DNA of 24,760 bases from NCBI GenBank assembly GCA_964507075.1, contig CAZDOL010000002.1, positions 47,465-72,224 on the forward strand, in the 5' to 3' direction. The notes beneath the pieces are model-generated. The model saw nothing but the letters and a program-made list of their open reading frames with translations. It did no database searches and was not told the origin of the DNA. Positions 5,302-14,031 of the stretch are shown one piece after another; position 1 is the first letter of the stretch; each line of letters opens with the position of its first letter. The DNA is from an uncultured Gammaproteobacteria bacterium (GTDB lineage: Bacteria > Patescibacteriota > Patescibacteriia > UBA2591 > UBA6264). Both the position numbers and the translations under genes were made by a program.

Positions 5302-7044
5302 TTATTTTAACAACTTCTTAATGATTTTTATATTTTCTTCTGACACAGAACCAATAGTTTGTCCATTTTTTTCTTCAGGGTCTTTTTCTAAATCATAAAG
5401 GGTAATTTCTTTTTCTTTCGCGTTATATTGATATTTTAAATTATCTTTAACAAAATTCAAGGGGCATTTATAGTCAGAGGGTTGGATTAAAGGGATAAGT
5501 TTATTATTAAGTATTTCTTTGCCCTGAAGCTCGGGCCAGAAGGATTGGCTAAATTTGTTTTCAGAATAATCAATTTGGAAGAAATCCAAAAATGTTGGCA
5601 AAATATCTAAATGACTATAAACACCGTTTATTTTTATGTTTTTATATTTTTCTTCATCACCTATAACCAAAACCAGAGAAGTAATAAAATTTTCTTCAAA
5701 AGCCATTCTTTGGTTGAAAGTATTGTTTTGATGAAACTCAGCTGGCCAACCATGGTCTCCCAAAATAAGCAAAGTATAATTTTTTTCAGGAAAAAGTTTG
5801 TTAATATTTTCCCAAGCAACAGTCAAATATTTATCCTGCAGAAAAGTGGTATTTTGTAATTTTTCACGATGATTTTTAGGATTTTTATAAGGAACTAGAT
5901 TTTCTAATCCTAAAGGAGTGTGAAAGGGCCAATGATTGGTTGGACCCACTTCTATATATAAAAAATTACGTTTTTCTTTGTTTTTTTCAATATAATTAAA
6001 AACTTTTTCATAAAAAATGTCTTCCCTAAATCCCCAGAGATATTGAGGGTCATCTTTAGACATAATATCATCAGCGTGTATTTCGTCAAAGCGTAAATTC
6101 TTCATAAATTCTTTTGTTCGGGCAAAACTTAAATCATAACTTTTGAGAAAAAATGTTTTGTATCCTAAATTTTTCATTATTTCAGGCCAACAAATAATTT
6201 TTTTATCAAAATTACTAGAAACAAGTGTTAATTTAAAAGAACCAGGAAAAGAGCATAGTAAATTTTCTTGGCCTAATATAGTTTCAATACTATTGCTATA
6301 AAATTTAGGAAAAAGAATACCATTTTTGGCTATTTCTAAAAAATTTGGCGTAATTTTTTCACTGACCAAAAAACCATTCAAACTTTCTATTTGAAGAATG
6401 ATGATATTGTCTAAGTATGGAGGGATGTTATTTTGATTAATTTTTTGAACTTGAGAGATTATATTCTCTTTATTTTTTTCAGATTTTTTAATCAATTCTA
6501 AATATATATCTTGATAATATTCTATTATCTCATCTTTGTGGAGTAAAGTTTTGCCGAAAGAGAATAGTTCGTTGTTTGCGGAAGGAAAAATAAAAAATTG
6601 AACCAAGATTGCAATTAATAAAATTAGATAAATAATTTTATTTTTAATTTTTAATTTTATTTTTTGAATTAGCAAACAATTCAAGAGAGCTGCAAAAAAC
6701 AAGATTATCAAGGGGCAGATTAAACTTAAAATGATGTTATGGTTAGAGCCCTGAATAAGGCGTTTAATAAAGTAAATGTTAGGACTATTTTGAAATAAAA
6801 GAAAATAAACAACAAGAGATAAGTATAGTAAATAAACAATTGTGGACAAGAGAACTCCAGCTATTCTTGAAATTTTAGAAAAGAAATATGACAAAAGAAC
6901 AAGGAAAGTTATAGCCTGGAACCATTTATATAACCCTAAAAAGGCATTACATTTCCAGGAAGATGCCATAATAATCAACAGATTCGTTAGGGTAAAGACA
7001 AATATCAAGAAAATGCTGTATATTAATCCTCTTTTAATTGTCAT
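5302..7044 (-). CDS. Membrane-anchored sulfatase/alkaline-phosphatase-superfamily transferase (LtaS / phosphoglycerol-transferase-like)
   Basis: About five N-terminal TM helices, then an extracytoplasmic domain with ILQIESLNGF, NSIET, and GDHGWP. The start ATG overlaps the upstream gene's stop as ATGA at 7041-7044. Confidence 0.65.
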   Translation of the reverse strand: MTIKRGLIYSIFLIFVFTLTNLLIIMASSWKCNAFLGLYKWFQAITFLVLLSYFFSKISRIAGVLLSTIVYLLYLSLVVYFLLFQNSPNIYFIKRLIQGSNHNIILSLICPLIILFFAALLNCLLIQKIKLKIKNKIIYLILLIAILVQFFIFPSANNELFSFGKTLLHKDEIIEYYQDIYLELIKKSEKNKENIISQVQKINQNNIPPYLDNIIILQIESLNGFLVSEKITPNFLEIAKNGILFPKFYSNSIETILGQENLLCSFPGSFKLTLVSSNFDKKIICWPEIMKNLGYKTFFLKSYDLSFARTKEFMKNLRFDEIHADDIMSKDDPQYLWGFREDIFYEKVFNYIEKNKEKRNFLYIEVGPTNHWPFHTPLGLENLVPYKNPKNHREKLQNTTFLQDKYLTVAWENINKLFPEKNYTLLILGDHGWPAEFHQNNTFNQRMAFEENFITSLVLVIGDEEKYKNIKINGVYSHLDILPTFLDFFQIDYSENKFSQSFWPELQGKEILNNKLIPLIQPSDYKCPLNFVKDNLKYQYNAKEKEITLYDLEKDPEEKNGQTIGSVSEENIKIIKKLLK

Positions 7045-8699
7045 TTGTTTTTGGGCAAATTATTTCTGTAGATAATCGCTTGTTCGTCTTCATAAACTTT
7101 TTCTAAATTTGTTGATTTTTTTAGTAGTTTTGCGAATTTTTCATCGTTTTTTGATTTTGACGCAATAATATATGAAGCTTTGAATTTTTCTTTGATAATT
7201 TTTGCTGTTTGCTCGGGATCAACATTACCTGTAAATAAATCATCCCAATCATTGTAAAGTTTTTTGTCATATTCATACATAAATGTTTGGTCTAAACCAT
7301 TGACGTAATAATGGCTGTCATCAAAATAGAGTAATTCCGGGAATATATCCCAATTGCTATGAAATATTATCTCTTGAGAAGGAACACTATTTCTAATCCA
7401 TTGTGTTGCCCCCTGAAGGTAGTTGACTGGGCGAGAGCTATTTTGATAGGATTGCTTTAATCCATAAACTCCATGAATTAAATAGAAAATTAAGAAAAAA
7501 GCGCAAGCAGAGCTTAATATGATTGTTGTAATAAAATAAAAAGTATTTTCAGTTGAAGAAAATAAACGTTTAATTTGTTTTCGAACATTGTCCCAGTTTA
7601 TACTTTTTATAATCTGAGTGAAAATTAAAGCATTAAAGATTATGATTATTGGTGCTAAATACTCAATAATTCGACGCGCTTTCAGGGTATACGCTAGAAA
7701 GAATATAGACAGAAGAGCAAAAAACCATTGTTTAGTTTTTTGTTTCTTGATGAAAGAAATAAACCAAGCGATTGATATTATATATGGTATTAAAAGGGGC
7801 AAAGTATCTAATAAGAAATTGGGCATTTCTGAAGGATACCACTCTGCTCCTACTCCAATTAAATTTTGATAGTTCAAAACAGCTATCTTAACAGTTTGAA
7901 ACCAATAAAAAGGAAATGTTTTGGGAAAGTAAGGATTGATAATAAGTCCGATGAGTAACCCCGAAAAACAATATAAAAGTAGTTTTACGTTTGAACGATT
8001 AAAAAAAGATTTAAAAAATAAGGCAAATTTTATTGATTGTTTTTTGATTAGTTTTTCTATGGCATACGAAAAACAGTAGATAAGCGCGCAAACAAACATT
8101 AATGGCCAGCCACCATAAGTCCAAACATAAAAGACAGAGATTAAAAAAATACCTAAATATTTTTTGCGTACAATATAATAGAGTCCTAAAATTAGGATAA
8201 CCAGAGAAAGAGCAGGGCTTCTGCTTAAAGAAAGTCGAAATAAAAAATTTGTTATCAAAAAACTGCTTAATATCCATAGCAAAGGTAGCTTAACTTTTAA
8301 TTTGCGCAAAAACCAATAAATTGCAAGAATAGCCAAAGCCGCAAAAAAAGCGCTAGCTAATTTTACTTTTAACAATGGGTCTATTTGGGTTGATAAAATA
8401 TCAAAATTTTTAGGCGTTGGAATGCTTAAAAACGGAAGAAGTAAAAGATGATATCCAAAATGATGGTCAACAAATAGATTTTTATAAGTAGTAAATTGAG
8501 TCCATGGGAAATCTTTAACAATATTTCCCTCTTTCACAAGTAATGCCATTTTCGTGTGGTAAAAGCCGTCTGGACACAACAATGTTGGGGGGGCTAAAAC
8601 ATAAAGAAAAATAATAAAAGCAACGGCAAATACTATTAAATAAATTAACCATTGCCTTTTGTATATAAGTTTATAAATTTTTAATATAATATCAATCAT
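7041..8699 (-). CDS. Polytopic membrane protein, putative GT-C-fold glycosyltransferase (ArnT/PMT/STT3-like)
   Basis: More than ten predicted TM helices, a first loop containing PDGFYHTKMA, and a soluble C-terminal domain. The ORF track starts at a TTG (8723) lying inside an octamer repeat. The first ATG is at 8699 (MIDIILKIY...), and I prefer that start. Confidence 0.5.
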   Translation of the reverse strand: MIDIILKIYKLIYKRQWLIYLIVFAVAFIIFLYVLAPPTLLCPDGFYHTKMALLVKEGNIVKDFPWTQFTTYKNLFVDHHFGYHLLLLPFLSIPTPKNFDILSTQIDPLLKVKLASAFFAALAILAIYWFLRKLKVKLPLLWILSSFLITNFLFRLSLSRSPALSLVILILGLYYIVRKKYLGIFLISVFYVWTYGGWPLMFVCALIYCFSYAIEKLIKKQSIKFALFFKSFFNRSNVKLLLYCFSGLLIGLIINPYFPKTFPFYWFQTVKIAVLNYQNLIGVGAEWYPSEMPNFLLDTLPLLIPYIISIAWFISFIKKQKTKQWFFALLSIFFLAYTLKARRIIEYLAPIIIIFNALIFTQIIKSINWDNVRKQIKRLFSSTENTFYFITTIILSSACAFFLIFYLIHGVYGLKQSYQNSSRPVNYLQGATQWIRNSVPSQEIIFHSNWDIFPELLYFDDSHYYVNGLDQTFMYEYDKKLYNDWDDLFTGNVDPEQTAKIIKEKFKASYIIASKSKNDEKFAKLLKKSTNLEKVYEDEQAIIYRNNLPKNK

Positions 8700-8711
8700 T
8701 TTTAAAAAATC

Positions 8712-8743
8712 CCAATTACCCAAGTACCCGATTACCCAACTCC
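8712..8743. repeat. Tandem octamers CCAATTAC CCAAGTAC CCGATTAC CCAACTCC
   Basis: The 8-bp period was read directly from the sequence. The array sits in the divergent intergenic region between the GT-C-like gene and yebC. Confidence 0.85.
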
Positions 8744-8787
8744 CATTTTATCATTAACATTTTACTTTGTCTATTTAAAATGTTAAT

Positions 8788-9543
8788 ATGTCATATATGA
8801 GTGGACATTCTAAGTGGTCAAAAGTGAAACATTCTAAGGGCGCATTAGACGCTAAAAAAAGCTCTTTGTTTACTAAATTGGGTCAAGCTATTATTATTGC
8901 AGCTAGAGAAGGTGGTGGTGATTTAAATTCTAATTTTAAACTTCGTTTAGTTGTAGATAGAGCGAAAAAAGCAAATTTACCTAAAGATAATATTGAGAGA
9001 GCAATCAAAAGAGGTACGGGAGAAATAAAGGGTAAGCAAATAGAAGAAATAACTTATGAAGCTTTTGGTCCAGGAGGTACAGCTTTTGTTATAGAAGTTT
9101 TAACAGACAACAAGAATAGGATTGCTACTAGTCTTAGAATTATTTTTAGTAAGCATGGCGGAAGTTTAGCTGGCAAAAATTCAGTTCTTTGGATGTTTAA
9201 TCGTTTGGGAGTTATCCATGTAAGTTCTGATTTAATTAAAAGAAATAAAGAGGAGTGGCAATTAAAAATTATTGAGTTAGGCGCAGAAGATTTTAAAGAA
9301 GATGGACAATGGTTAGTTGTTTATACCAGCTCTGATAATTTACAGAAGCTAAAAGAAGCGATTGAAAATAAAGGAATAGAGATAGAAAATGCGGACATAG
9401 AATGGATAGCTAAGGAATTTATTAGTATTGATGAATCTAAAGAAAAGAAAGTTGCTGCTATTTTTGAAGAATTAGAAAATGATCCTGACGTTCAAAATTA
9501 TTATACTAATGTTAGGCAATCGGGTACTTGGGCAATCAGGTAA
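8788..9543 (+). CDS. yebC: YebC/PmpR-family DNA-binding regulatory protein
   Basis: MSGHSKWSKVKHSKG...AKKS.LFTKL...A.REGGGD. The start is ATG 8788 or, matching homolog N-termini better, ATG 8797. The last ~9 aa (RQSGTWAIR) are encoded by an octamer repeat array. Confidence 0.9.
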   Translation: MSYMSGHSKWSKVKHSKGALDAKKSSLFTKLGQAIIIAAREGGGDLNSNFKLRLVVDRAKKANLPKDNIERAIKRGTGEIKGKQIEEITYEAFGPGGTAFVIEVLTDNKNRIATSLRIIFSKHGGSLAGKNSVLWMFNRLGVIHVSSDLIKRNKEEWQLKIIELGAEDFKEDGQWLVVYTSSDNLQKLKEAIENKGIEIENADIEWIAKEFISIDESKEKKVAAIFEELENDPDVQNYYTNVRQSGTWAIR

Positions 9544-9548
9544 TTAGG
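9515..9548. repeat. Tandem octamers GGCAATCG GGTACTTG GGCAATCA GGTAATTA, the inverted orientation of the 8712-8743 family
   Basis: AATCGGGTACTTGGG is shared exactly with the reverse complement of 8718-8732. The array contains the yebC stop codon (9541-9543). Confidence 0.85.
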
Positions 9549-9586
9549 ATTTATAATTATTTATTTATTCTAATTTCTAATCAAAT

Positions 9587-9626
9587 CCCAATCCCTAAGC
9601 ACCTAATTAACTAATTAACTAATCTG
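9587..9626. repeat. Tandem octamers CCCAATCC CTAAGCAC CTAATTAA CTAATTAA CTAATCTG
   Basis: The 8-bp period was read directly from the sequence. The array ends 2 nt before the ruvC ATG. Confidence 0.8.
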
Positions 9627-9628
9627 CT

Positions 9629-10114
9629 ATGATTATTTTAGGCATTGATCCTGGTTATGCAATTACTGGTTATGCGGTTATTAAGGTTGATTTGAAGACA
9701 AAAATAATAACTTTAGTTGATTATGGATGTATATTCTCTTCTCCTAAGGATATTTTTTCCAAACGATTATTAATTGTTTTTAATGGAATTAAAGAGGTAA
9801 TAAGGAAGTATAAACCAGATAAGATAGCCATAGAACACATTTATTTTGCCAAGAATGCCAAAACAGCTATTAAAGTTAGTGAAGCTAGGGGCGTTATTAC
9901 GTTAGCAGCTGCTATCGAAAAGATTGATATATTTGGCTTTACTCCTTTACAGGTTAAACAAGCTTTGACTGGTTATGGGAGAGCTACCAAGGGTCAAATT
10001 CAGCAAATGGTAAAAAACATTTTGAAATTAAAAGATATTCCTCGTCCTGATGATGCTGCTGATGCTTTAGCTATTGCGCTCACCTGTGCACAGACAAATC
10101 AGGTGCTTAGGTAA
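9629..10114 (+). CDS. ruvC: Crossover junction endodeoxyribonuclease RuvC
   Basis: IILGIDPGYAITGYAVI, IEHIYF, and the GYGRATKGQIQQMV...DDAADALAIAL catalytic acidic motifs. Also classic yebC-ruvC synteny. Confidence 0.92.
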   Translation: MIILGIDPGYAITGYAVIKVDLKTKIITLVDYGCIFSSPKDIFSKRLLIVFNGIKEVIRKYKPDKIAIEHIYFAKNAKTAIKVSEARGVITLAAAIEKIDIFGFTPLQVKQALTGYGRATKGQIQQMVKNILKLKDIPRPDDAADALAIALTCAQTNQVLR

Positions 10115-10125
10115 TCGTCAGGTAG

Positions 10126-10159
10126 AAAAAAAATACACTGGTCTGACCAGTGTTTTTTT
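10126..10159. terminator. Bidirectional intrinsic terminator between ruvC and the convergent hydrolase gene
   Basis: A8 run, then stem ACACTGG (10135-10141) / CCAGTGT (10147-10153) with loop TCTGA, then a T6 run. Confidence 0.65.
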
Positions 10160-10172
10160 AATTATTAAAATC

Positions 10173-10203
10173 CCGATTACCCAATCTCTAATTACCCAAG
10201 CAT
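10173..10203. repeat. Octamer-family repeats CCGATTAC CCAATCTC TAATTAC CCAAGCAT
   Basis: Shares CCGATTACCCAA with 8728-8739. It abuts the stop codon of the minus-strand gene at 10203. Confidence 0.75.
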
Positions 10204-11432
10204 TAGCGTTTGGGATATATATATCCTACGATTTGCCATCCGCCTTGAGAAGTATTTTGCCAGGCGGTTGTCCTTCTTAATTTTCGGGTTACTGGTTTTT
10301 GGGTCCAACTTGGATTTGATGGACCATTCATTTCCGAGAAATAAACATAATTATCGTCAAATTTTTCTATATAAGCAACATGTCCATACCAATTATTGCA
10401 TCTCAAAACTACTATTGACCCCTCATCTCCTTTATTTAGAGTGAGACCCGTTTTAAATCCATCGTTTCTAGCGTTTTGTAGCCATGTTCTGGCATTTCCC
10501 CAATTACTTGGTCCTACACATTGACCTAATTCAGTTGCCCACTTATAGGCCACCCAATCAGTGCATTGACCTGGGTTCGTGTAGTAGCGTTTACATGATA
10601 CACAACAACGTTTATATCTCCAGTCTGTATAACTGCAATTACTTTTTTCCGTGGGAATAAAGGAAGAAATAGAGGAAGTTTTTGCTATGATTGGTTTTGG
10701 CACAGGAAGCGGTGAGCCATCAGGGATAATTAAAATTTCCCCTACTTGAAGATTGTCTGGGTTAATGAGATTGTTGAATGCAATTATTTCTCCAGTATCT
10801 ATTTTGTATTTTTCGGCAATCTGAGAAAGTTTTTCGTTTTTCTTTATTTTATGCAAAATTCCATCTACTGGCAGAATTGTTAACTCGTCTCCTGGCTGAA
10901 TATTGGCGCGCCAATAAGTTAAATCATTTGCCCAGAGTACCGTCCAAACACTTAAACCAAATTTTTCAGCAATATCCCAAGGATTGTCATTGGGTTCAAC
11001 CACATAAGTTTCGATTTCTGTCCTAGTGGGTATAATATTTGGACTAATTTCACTATTGACAGCAACAAGAGCAGTATTATTTAAAGTGAGAGCTAATTCT
11101 GGAGAGGGATATTCTTCTCTTAAGAGAGTAGCAATCTGGAAATCATAATTTTCCTTTTCAATTTTCGGGTTTTGCGCGGAGGAAATTCTATCTAAATGAA
11201 TATCTTTGCTGGTACTTTCGGAAAGAATAACGTTACTGCTTTGATTTATTATCTGTGCATAAGAAAAAAATATAAAAAATAAAACAGCCAGAATAACAGG
11301 CAGTTGTTTTTTGGGCTGTAAGTTTTTATAAATTCTAGACAAAAGGTGTCCAAAATAGATGGCACGAAGTATGCCTCTTTTTAAAGCCTTAATACTATAT
11401 CTGACAATTTGTCTTAATAGTTTATCTTGCAT
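10203..11432 (-). CDS. Membrane-anchored peptidoglycan hydrolase: 2x LysM plus a C-terminal CHAP domain
   Basis: TM anchor LPVILAVLFFIFFSYAQII. LysM repeats YVVEPNDNPWDIAEKFGLSV...L.PGDEL and HKIKKNEKLSQIAEKYKID...LQVGEILIIP. CHAP motifs QCTDWVAYKW and YGHVAYIE. The track start at 11438 is TTG, and the first ATG is 11432. Confidence 0.8.
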   Translation of the reverse strand: MQDKLLRQIVRYSIKALKRGILRAIYFGHLLSRIYKNLQPKKQLPVILAVLFFIFFSYAQIINQSSNVILSESTSKDIHLDRISSAQNPKIEKENYDFQIATLLREEYPSPELALTLNNTALVAVNSEISPNIIPTRTEIETYVVEPNDNPWDIAEKFGLSVWTVLWANDLTYWRANIQPGDELTILPVDGILHKIKKNEKLSQIAEKYKIDTGEIIAFNNLINPDNLQVGEILIIPDGSPLPVPKPIIAKTSSISSFIPTEKSNCSYTDWRYKRCCVSCKRYYTNPGQCTDWVAYKWATELGQCVGPSNWGNARTWLQNARNDGFKTGLTLNKGDEGSIVVLRCNNWYGHVAYIEKFDDNYVYFSEMNGPSNPSWTQKPVTRKLRRTTAWQNTSQGGWQIVGYIYPKR

Positions 11433-11492
11433 AAACAATTTTTTTTTTGTATAATAATGATTATTATGCCTAAAATTGTGAAAAAATCAAGT

Positions 11493-13967
11493 ATGAGTTA
11501 TCAACATCTAAATTTAAATGAAAAATGGTCAAAAATTTGGGATGAATTGGGAATTTATCGCACATCAGAACGAACGAATCAAGAAAAACAATATATCTTA
11601 GTTGAGTTTCCTTATCCATCTGGATCGGGCTTACATATTGGACATGCTTTTACTTTTATAGGAGCTGATATTTATGCGCGTTTCCAAAGAATGAAAGGGA
11701 AAAGAGTTCTTTTTCCTATGGGTTGGGATGCTTTCGGTTTGCCTACAGAAAATTATGCTATTAAAACTAAAACTAAACCCCAGAAGATAACTAAAGACAA
11801 TACAGCCAGGTTTAAGAAACAGATGAAAAAATTGCAACTTTCTTTTGACTGGGAAAAGGAAGTGAATACCACTGATCCTGATTATTATAAATGGACTCAG
11901 TGGATTTTTATTCAATTATTTAAAAAAGGATTAACTTACAAGAAAGAAATGCCTATTAATTGGTGCCCTGAATGCAAAATAGGATTGGCTAACGAAGAAG
12001 TTGTAGATAATAAATGCGAAAGATGCGGAGCTGAGGTTTCGCGCAGGAATATTTCTCAATGGATTGTAAAGATCACAGATTACGCGGATCGATTGATTGA
12101 TGGACTTTCACAAACGGATTTTATTGAAAAAGTTAAAACAGCCCAGATAAACTGGATAGGAAAAAGCCGAGGCGCTCAAGTTGTTTTTAAAATTAAAACC
12201 GACAAAAAAGAAGAGGATTTAGAGATATTCACAACTCGTCCGGATACGTTATGGGGGGCTACTTTTATGGTTTTATCACCCGAGCATCCATTCGTCGCTT
12301 CGCTCCTCAAAATCAAAAATGAAAAATTAAAAATCAAAAATATTGAAGAAATTAAAAAATATTTTGAAATAACGAAGAAAAAATCTGATTTAGAAAGAAC
12401 AGATTTAGCCAAGGATAAAACAGGTGTGTTTAGCGGGTTTTATGCCATAAATCCAGTAAATAATAAAGAAATTCCTATTTGGATATCTGATTTTGTTTTA
12501 AGTTCGTATGGAACTGGGGCTATTATGTCTGTTCCTGCGCACGACCAAAGAGATTGGGAGTTTGCCAAAAAATTTGGTTTAGAAATAATTCCCGTAATTC
12601 AACCTTCAATAGATTGGGATTTTAAAAAATGCGCTTATACTGATATTTTAAATGGAAAAATCATAAATTCGGAGCCAATTAATGGTTTAAACCCAGATGA
12701 TGCTTTTGAAGAAATGATTGATTGGTTGGAGAAGAAAAAAATAGGCAAAAGAGCTAAAAATTATCATTTAAGGGATTGGATTTTTTCTCGTCAACATTAT
12801 TGGGGCGAACCGATACCAATGATTCATTGTTCTAAATGCGGATGGCAATCTGTTAAAGAAAAAGATTTACCAATAAAACTTCCAGAAGTAGAGCATTTTG
12901 AACCAACTGACACAGGAGAAAGTCCTTTAGCTAAGATTAAAGAATGGATTGAAACTACCTGTCCTAAATGTGGAGGTTTAGCAAAAAGAGAAACAGATAC
13001 TATGCCGAATTGGGCTGGATCAGATTGGTATTTTTTAAGATATACTGATTCCCAAAATAACAAAACATTAGCCAGTAAAGAAAAAATGAAGAAATGGCTT
13101 CCCGTTGATATCTATATTGGTGGCGATGAACATAATACTCTTCATCTTTTGTATTCTCGGTTTATTTATCAATTTTTATGGGATATCAAGGCTGTGCCAT
13201 CGGAATATCCAGAGCCATATCAGAAAAGGATATCTCATGGAGTAATTCTTGGGCCAGATAATCAAAGAATGAGTAAATCTAAAGGAAATGTAATTGACCC
13301 AGAAGAGGTGATAGAAAGATTTGATAAATACGGGTCAGATATTTTAAGAATGTATTTGATGTTCATTGGACCCTTTGAGGGAACTATGGCATGGAATGAT
13401 CAAGCTCTAATGGGCATGAAAAGATTTTTAGACAAGGTTGAATATTATGTTGATTATTGGTTATCTCTAAAAGAAAAGATTTTAGAAGAAACAGATAATG
13501 ACGAAATGAAATTTTTAATGCATCGGACAATCAAAAAAGTAACTGAAGATATAAAAAATTTGAGACTTAATACAGCTATTGCTTGTTTAATGGAATTTTT
13601 AAATGAAGCGAAAACAAGAAAGGATAGAATAAAAGAAGAACATCTTAAAAATTTTCTTATTCTTCTTTCTCCATTCGTTCCAGTTTTCAGTGAAGAACAG
13701 TGGCAAAAAATAGATGCATCTAAAAAAAGTATTTTTTTAGAATCTTGGCCATTGTTTGATTCTGGGTTAGCGAAAAATAAGAATATTGAATTTGTGGTTC
13801 AAGTTAATGGTAAAATTAGAGGAAAAATTGAAGCTGAAATTGGACTTTCTCAACAACAGGCTCAAAAAATTATCTCTGCCTTGCCCAGAGTCCAAGAATA
13901 TTTAAAAGGAAAAAAAATTAAAAAAGTAATTTTTGTTCCCGATAAATTAATCAATTTCGTTATTTAA
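11493..13967 (+). CDS. leuS: Leucine--tRNA ligase
   Basis: HIGH motif (GLHIGHAF), KMSKS motif (RMSKSKGN), CP1 editing-domain sequence (TTRPDTLWGATFMVLSPEHP), and Cys clusters CPECK...CERCG and CSKCG...CPKCG. The track start at 11427 is a TTG that overlaps the divergent gene. ATG 11493 (MSYQHLNLNEKW) fits homolog N-termini; 11457 and 11466 are alternatives. Confidence 0.95.
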   Translation: MSYQHLNLNEKWSKIWDELGIYRTSERTNQEKQYILVEFPYPSGSGLHIGHAFTFIGADIYARFQRMKGKRVLFPMGWDAFGLPTENYAIKTKTKPQKITKDNTARFKKQMKKLQLSFDWEKEVNTTDPDYYKWTQWIFIQLFKKGLTYKKEMPINWCPECKIGLANEEVVDNKCERCGAEVSRRNISQWIVKITDYADRLIDGLSQTDFIEKVKTAQINWIGKSRGAQVVFKIKTDKKEEDLEIFTTRPDTLWGATFMVLSPEHPFVASLLKIKNEKLKIKNIEEIKKYFEITKKKSDLERTDLAKDKTGVFSGFYAINPVNNKEIPIWISDFVLSSYGTGAIMSVPAHDQRDWEFAKKFGLEIIPVIQPSIDWDFKKCAYTDILNGKIINSEPINGLNPDDAFEEMIDWLEKKKIGKRAKNYHLRDWIFSRQHYWGEPIPMIHCSKCGWQSVKEKDLPIKLPEVEHFEPTDTGESPLAKIKEWIETTCPKCGGLAKRETDTMPNWAGSDWYFLRYTDSQNNKTLASKEKMKKWLPVDIYIGGDEHNTLHLLYSRFIYQFLWDIKAVPSEYPEPYQKRISHGVILGPDNQRMSKSKGNVIDPEEVIERFDKYGSDILRMYLMFIGPFEGTMAWNDQALMGMKRFLDKVEYYVDYWLSLKEKILEETDNDEMKFLMHRTIKKVTEDIKNLRLNTAIACLMEFLNEAKTRKDRIKEEHLKNFLILLSPFVPVFSEEQWQKIDASKKSIFLESWPLFDSGLAKNKNIEFVVQVNGKIRGKIEAEIGLSQQQAQKIISALPRVQEYLKGKKIKKVIFVPDKLINFVI

Positions 13968-14002
13968 ATTTACTGTTTTAACCCGACGCCTACAAGTCAT
14001 TC

Positions 14003-14026
14003 AATCATTAGAACATTAGAGCATAA
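14003..14026. repeat. Degenerate octamers AATCATTA GAACATTA GAGCATAA (GAACATTR family)
   Basis: Read directly from the sequence, immediately upstream of the rsmA ATG (14032). Confidence 0.7.
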
Positions 14027-14031
14027 AGACA

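Noticed and set aside
5611-8277. Short ORFs antisense to the envelope operon (5611-5859+, 6842-7075+, 7618-7869+) and an alternate-frame same-strand ORF (8011-8277-)
   Set aside because: All are embedded in long minus-strand genes with coherent membrane or enzyme domains. The short ORFs are AT-rich frame artefacts.
8700-8723. TTG start at 8723 for the GT-C-like gene (MGNWDFLK...)
   Set aside because: These codons are the octamer repeat read in reverse. The first ATG (8699) precedes the first TM helix and is the more plausible start, though this is unproven.
11427-11492. N-terminal extension of leuS from TTG 11427 (MHKQFFFCIIMIIMPKIVKKSS)
   Set aside because: It would overlap the divergent hydrolase gene's start and add a hydrophobic peptide that LeuS proteins lack. 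Homolog-like sequence begins at ATG 11493.
10074-13063. ORFs 10074-10280+, 10778-11026+, 11631-11915-, 12176-12412-, 12824-13063-
   Set aside because: They lie antisense to or overlap ruvC, the terminator, the CHAP hydrolase gene or leuS. None has domain-like sequence.
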